From: Macrostomum lignano
Taxonomy: Eukaryota
Direction of reading: 5' to 3'
NCBI GenBank assembly: GCA_002269645.1
Contig: NIVC01000215.1
Span: 248,001-312,000 of the forward strand
Length of the DNA stretch: 64,000 nucleotides
Part shown: one piece after another, positions 59,801 to 64,000 of the stretch
Layout: every line of letters starts with the position of its first letter
How positions within the stretch are numbered: position 1 is the stretch's first letter
Translations under genes and position numbers: made by a program
The notes under the pieces: generated by a model
The model's database searches: none
What the model was told of the DNA's origin: nothing
Seen by the model: the letters and a program-made list of their open reading frames with translations, nothing else

Positions 59801-61572
59801 CGGACCAATTTTAACGTACGACGATTTTTGTAAACAGTTGAAAGTTCGAGCTCGCAACATCGCTGTTGATGGTCGGACGGCTAGTTTGGTCGCTTGGCGC
59901 GCCTGTCGGATGTTGCTTTGGTACTGCATTCTGGAGATTATCTATCACAATTTTCCAGTTGGAACCTATTTGGATCTTCTAAGTCCCGACGAGGCTATCG
60001 TGTACAAGCACCTGGCTTTTGCCATGTTTTTTCACGGTCAGATCTTCATGCTGCTGTACGTGCAGTACTACGGATGGCCGGCCGCACTCGCCCTTCTGGA
60101 CGGAATTCAGCTGTTCCATTGGCCAGACTGCATCAGCTGGGTGTACAGCTACAGCATCATGTGGCGCGTGTTCGACCGAGGTCTGTTCGCCATGATGCGG
60201 TCGCACTTGTATATACCGCTCGGTGGTAGCCGCCATGGCCCCGTCCGTCAAATGTTGGCCATCATGGCTACGTTTGCTTTCATCAGCTTGTTCCACGGCG
60301 ACTCGACCAACGTGCGTGCCTGGGCAGCGTTGAATTTTTGTCAACTGCTAATTGAACGTTGTGCCGCTTTTGTCTACTATAGTCACGCGAGAAGCATTGT
60401 GGTGAGTTCATTGCTAAGGTTTTTCAGAGCCAGAATCTAGTTCAAAGTCAGGGCATTTTAGCACAACCCTGCGTGACGGTTTGCCTGCGTGCGTATCCGC
60501 GTGAACGCGTGCTTCAATTCAGTCAGAGGCACAGACATGACTGCTTGTCTCTCTCGCTACTAGCTGACATGGGGCGAGTGTACATGTACCATGCGTACTC
60601 AATATTTTATCACAGAAACCTGCACTGTTATTAAATTATTTAAACCGTTATCATCTTTCAGACAAGGTACTTGAGTCCGCAAAACGAGAAGCGTTTAATT
60701 GGCTACATAATCGCTTGGAATATGATGGCCTCCTGCGGCATAATCTTCTTCTTTCTATCCGGCATGAACGGATTCATCATATTTCCGGAGTTTCTGCTTC
60801 TAAAATCAAATAGTCGCCACAGTGAGTTCGATTTATTTATTTTGATCAAGTTTATTTGCATGCAAATATTGTCTTAATTAAGATTCGATGGTTAGTAGCT
60901 CTGGGTGTAAGGATTCAGGATCTGGGTGAATGAATCTTGGACCCATCGATAGGAAGGACCTTGAACGACGATGATGTTAGCATACATCTATCTCTTCTAA
61001 TGGCTACAGAAATTTATACTCGTAGCTACACTATGTGTTTATGTATATATATTATAATACTATTTTGTGGTACTAATGGGGTCACTCGTACAGCAATCCG
61101 ACACGTCTGGGGTCTGGCCGACAAATTACATCGACATATTACGACATCATACGTCTACTGAATGTCGGTGCAACGTAAAAGTACATATTTGTCATCGAAC
61201 GCAGGATGTCGCCGACATCGGATTGCTGTACGGGTCGGTTTTCACAAGCTCGCGACATTTCACATCGTCGAAGAGGGTAAACTTCACAAGCTCGAGTTTT
61301 CATACGTGTAAGTTCGAAATTCATTGACAAAAGTGACTATAGGCAAAACTTTTGACAATATGAAAAATTTCGAACTTGGGAAGCTATAATAAATGTATCA
61401 CCAGAAGAAAATAACTTTCCCGCATCACAAAACGTATCCATTTCGATTGGATTTTGCAGCACCCGTGTGGCACATGCTGACCATGCAGTTTGCCGCCTAT
61501 TGTGCCGTTCAAATTGGCCGCTACTACGAGGCCAAATTAAAGCCGTCTCTGTGCAAGCACGTCAAGGAGTGA
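56829..61572 (+). CDS. MBOAT acyltransferase, HHAT/Rasp-like, copy 3, about 555 aa; exons 56829-57063, 58905-58951, 59052-59168, 59406-60401, 60662-60821, 61460-61572
   Basis: Same intron positions and phases as copies 1 and 2; catalytic FISLFHG; open throughout; most diverged copy. Confidence 0.88.
57845..58050 (+). repeat. AAC-rich low-complexity tract
   Basis: Degenerate (AAC)n in MBOAT-3 intron 1. Confidence 0.7.
58385..58846 (+). repeat. 16-bp minisatellite
   Basis: AGCACCAAGGGGCTTT units on the left changing to AGCACCAAGGGGCGCC on the right. Confidence 0.95.
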
Positions 61573-64000
61573 TGAAATTTTGACGGTGTACTGTTTATTG
61601 TTCTTCTAGTTGAAACTAAAACAATTTAAAAACAAGTTCTCAAAATTTTATATGACATAATGTACTTTAAAATTGTTACAATTTATTTATTTATTAGTCG
61701 TATTGAAACGGTTGTGTTATTTAAATATAAATTAACCCGATTGAATATCGAAATGATCGTTTTAATCGTTGTTGACGGATTGCATGTACTGCATTTCTTC
61801 GACTGTTGTTATACTTGTACAATACATAAGTGCAGATGACATGTGATCAATAGACATTTATTAGACGTAGCCTGCCCTTTAAAAATTAAACAATTAATTA
61901 GTACAAAATTTGAATTACATTTTAAAAAAATTCTTCTGTGGCCGGGTATCGTTGCTGTGGATTGATCACTCATGCGTCGATTGTACTACGACAGGACACG
62001 TACCCGGAGCGTCGCCACAGGCCGGGGTGGACAGGGGGGTAAGACATGTGTCGCCCCCCCCCCCAGTAAAAGCTATGGGGGACATGACTAAGTCTAATAT
62101 GCTTTTGTCCCCAGCTCCACCCCACCTTGTGACGGCCGTTTTGGAAGGCTATAATTTTGTTTCAGGGCACGAAAATATAGCTATAGCATTTAAAATGAGT
62201 GCCTGCGACGCCAAAATGAGCGCTGACAATCACCGATTCTCAAAATAATGTACATGCATGTAGTAATTTATAGTCATATATGGTACATGTATGCATGTAA
62301 AATCCTTTGCTGTTGTCACTCCCGCACCATAAAATCCATGGCATAAAATCGACCACACTAAAAAGTACGTATAGTGTATATATTATGGCACTTACCAGGG
62401 ACTACTTAAACTTTAAGTAGTTTAAGTAGTCCCTGGCACGTACGTGTAAACTTGCATGATGTACATGTAATTCTGCGCATATGGCTCCATAGAAACACTA
62501 TGGTAACGAGATTTTATTATTGTATTAAGGCCGATCGAAGCCTGTGATTTAATTATGCTGCAGAAACATGATGCAGTCTGCAGCTTAATTCTAATGACTT
62601 TTATTACATGTACATTCAATTAGTACCATCTTGAGTATATCCATAAGAGAACTTGACGTGTATTAAAAGGGCATGTGACAGCAGAGGGTCTCTTTACGTC
62701 ACCCAGCAATTCTAATTATTAGCTGTGTAATTGTACATCTACTGCTTTACAGTACATGCAATGTATAATTATTTATAGTGCGTAAATTGTGGCTAATGGT
62801 TTTATACGAAAAAAATTAGATAACCGAAGAGAACCGATCGAACAAAAAGCAAGGACGATTTAAGTAGACGACTTTAGTCGTCCTTGACAAAAAGGTGGAG
62901 TTACATGTGCATCAGCTGGACAATTTTTTGGGGAAAACTTTGCAGGCCACTTTTACTGAGAAAATATCAGTAATTAACTAATGCCGGAGAGTAAACTCAA
63001 AGTTAGTGTTCGCATTCTCAGGTACTAAATTTCTAAAACAATTAACAGAAGTTTTTAACTTAAGCTGTATTTCTATACGAAACATTTTAAAGTACGTTTT
63101 TGTTAAGTTATGCATAATTGCATTCGTTTTTGACTTTGATATTTTTCGTAGAACTGTATTAAGACTTCTGCAGTCTGCTAGTACTGCTGCAACTGCATAC
63201 TACACTTGAAAAAGTCAAATATATTTATACTGTCAATCACCTTCCTGGTCTTGGTTAACTAGTAAATGAGTACTGTCAGTTCGTTAAAAGCCATGAGCTA
63301 TACTAAAAAAGTAATTAGGCAAAAGGTCCTATTAGGCTATGCCGCTATGGTATGTTCTTTGGCATTGGCACGACGGCACTGACTGACTCTGACTGTTTTT
63401 ATTAGTTAGGGACGTTGGAAATGCACTGAAGTCTACTGTAGTTTAATCGTTAAAGCTATTTTGATAGTTTTACTATTCAATCTCTATTCAAGACAATAGG
63501 TTTCAAGACAACCCAACCTGGCCCCTGGGTTTTTTTAAGGTTGGAAATCCAGTTGCCAGCTGGCCCTTGGGGCTCAAAATCCAGTTGCCAATGCCTATTT
63601 TTGGTTGCCCATTGGCATCTAGCCAAATTCTCGAGGATGGATATTTCCAAGGCTACATTTCAAGGCAGAAATTTGCTCTTTTAACTCCAAGGTTACTATC
63701 TATGCTGCAAAAAATAACAAGCTATCAATTCTATCATATGGTCATATTAATTCATATGGCACTTTTATTACACTTAAAAAATCATTTTTTTAAATTGGCA
63801 ACTGGCACAGGGAAAATAAAGTTGCCAGATTGGCCTCTGATACCAAAAATCCAGTTGCCAATAAGATTTTCAAGGGGCCAAAAACCCTGTATGGCCCAAA
63901 AAACCCAGAACCAAACATGTTAAAAATAACTTGATAGGCCTAGTGATTGCACTATAGATAGGGGGGCCTAGTATTGCTAGGCCCCCTATTACAATTCATA

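Noticed and set aside
62000-63920. Short inverted-repeat patches at about 62005-62140 and 63520-63910
   Set aside because: Probably ordinary small MITEs; termini and TSDs too degenerate to support a call.

Overview
Eukaryotic (invertebrate animal) genomic DNA: GC-rich spliced exons in AT-rich, repeat-laden introns; no prokaryotic features or CRISPR. A free-living flatworm such as Macrostomum is a guess only. Left half: last exon of a kringle-like gene, a 2-exon SLC16/MFS-like transporter, a complete 8-exon group II-like metabotropic glutamate receptor (minus), a large decaying plus-strand secreted-protein gene (pseudogene) with antisense Gly-rich and PAN-like genes, a foldback element and an intact mariner in its presumed introns, an intronless PAN + C-type lectin gene and a 3-exon MYDGF orthologue. 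Right half (35.7-61.6 kb), the main result: a duplicated head-to-head cassette of a divergent TRPV-like channel (2 copies) and a Hedgehog-acyltransferase-like MBOAT (3 copies, all with intact 6-exon frames). The paralogues are mosaics of near-identical and strongly diverged blocks: the channels share the ankyrin region and pore but differ in the S1-S4 sensor and TRP helix; the acyltransferases differ in patches around the catalytic His. Also a young non-autonomous Gypsy LTR element, an RLE non-LTR fragment, tRNA-derived SINEs and many minisatellites, one of which multiplies an mGluR splice donor eight times. Exon models and alignments were traced by eye and need RNA-seq and database confirmation.
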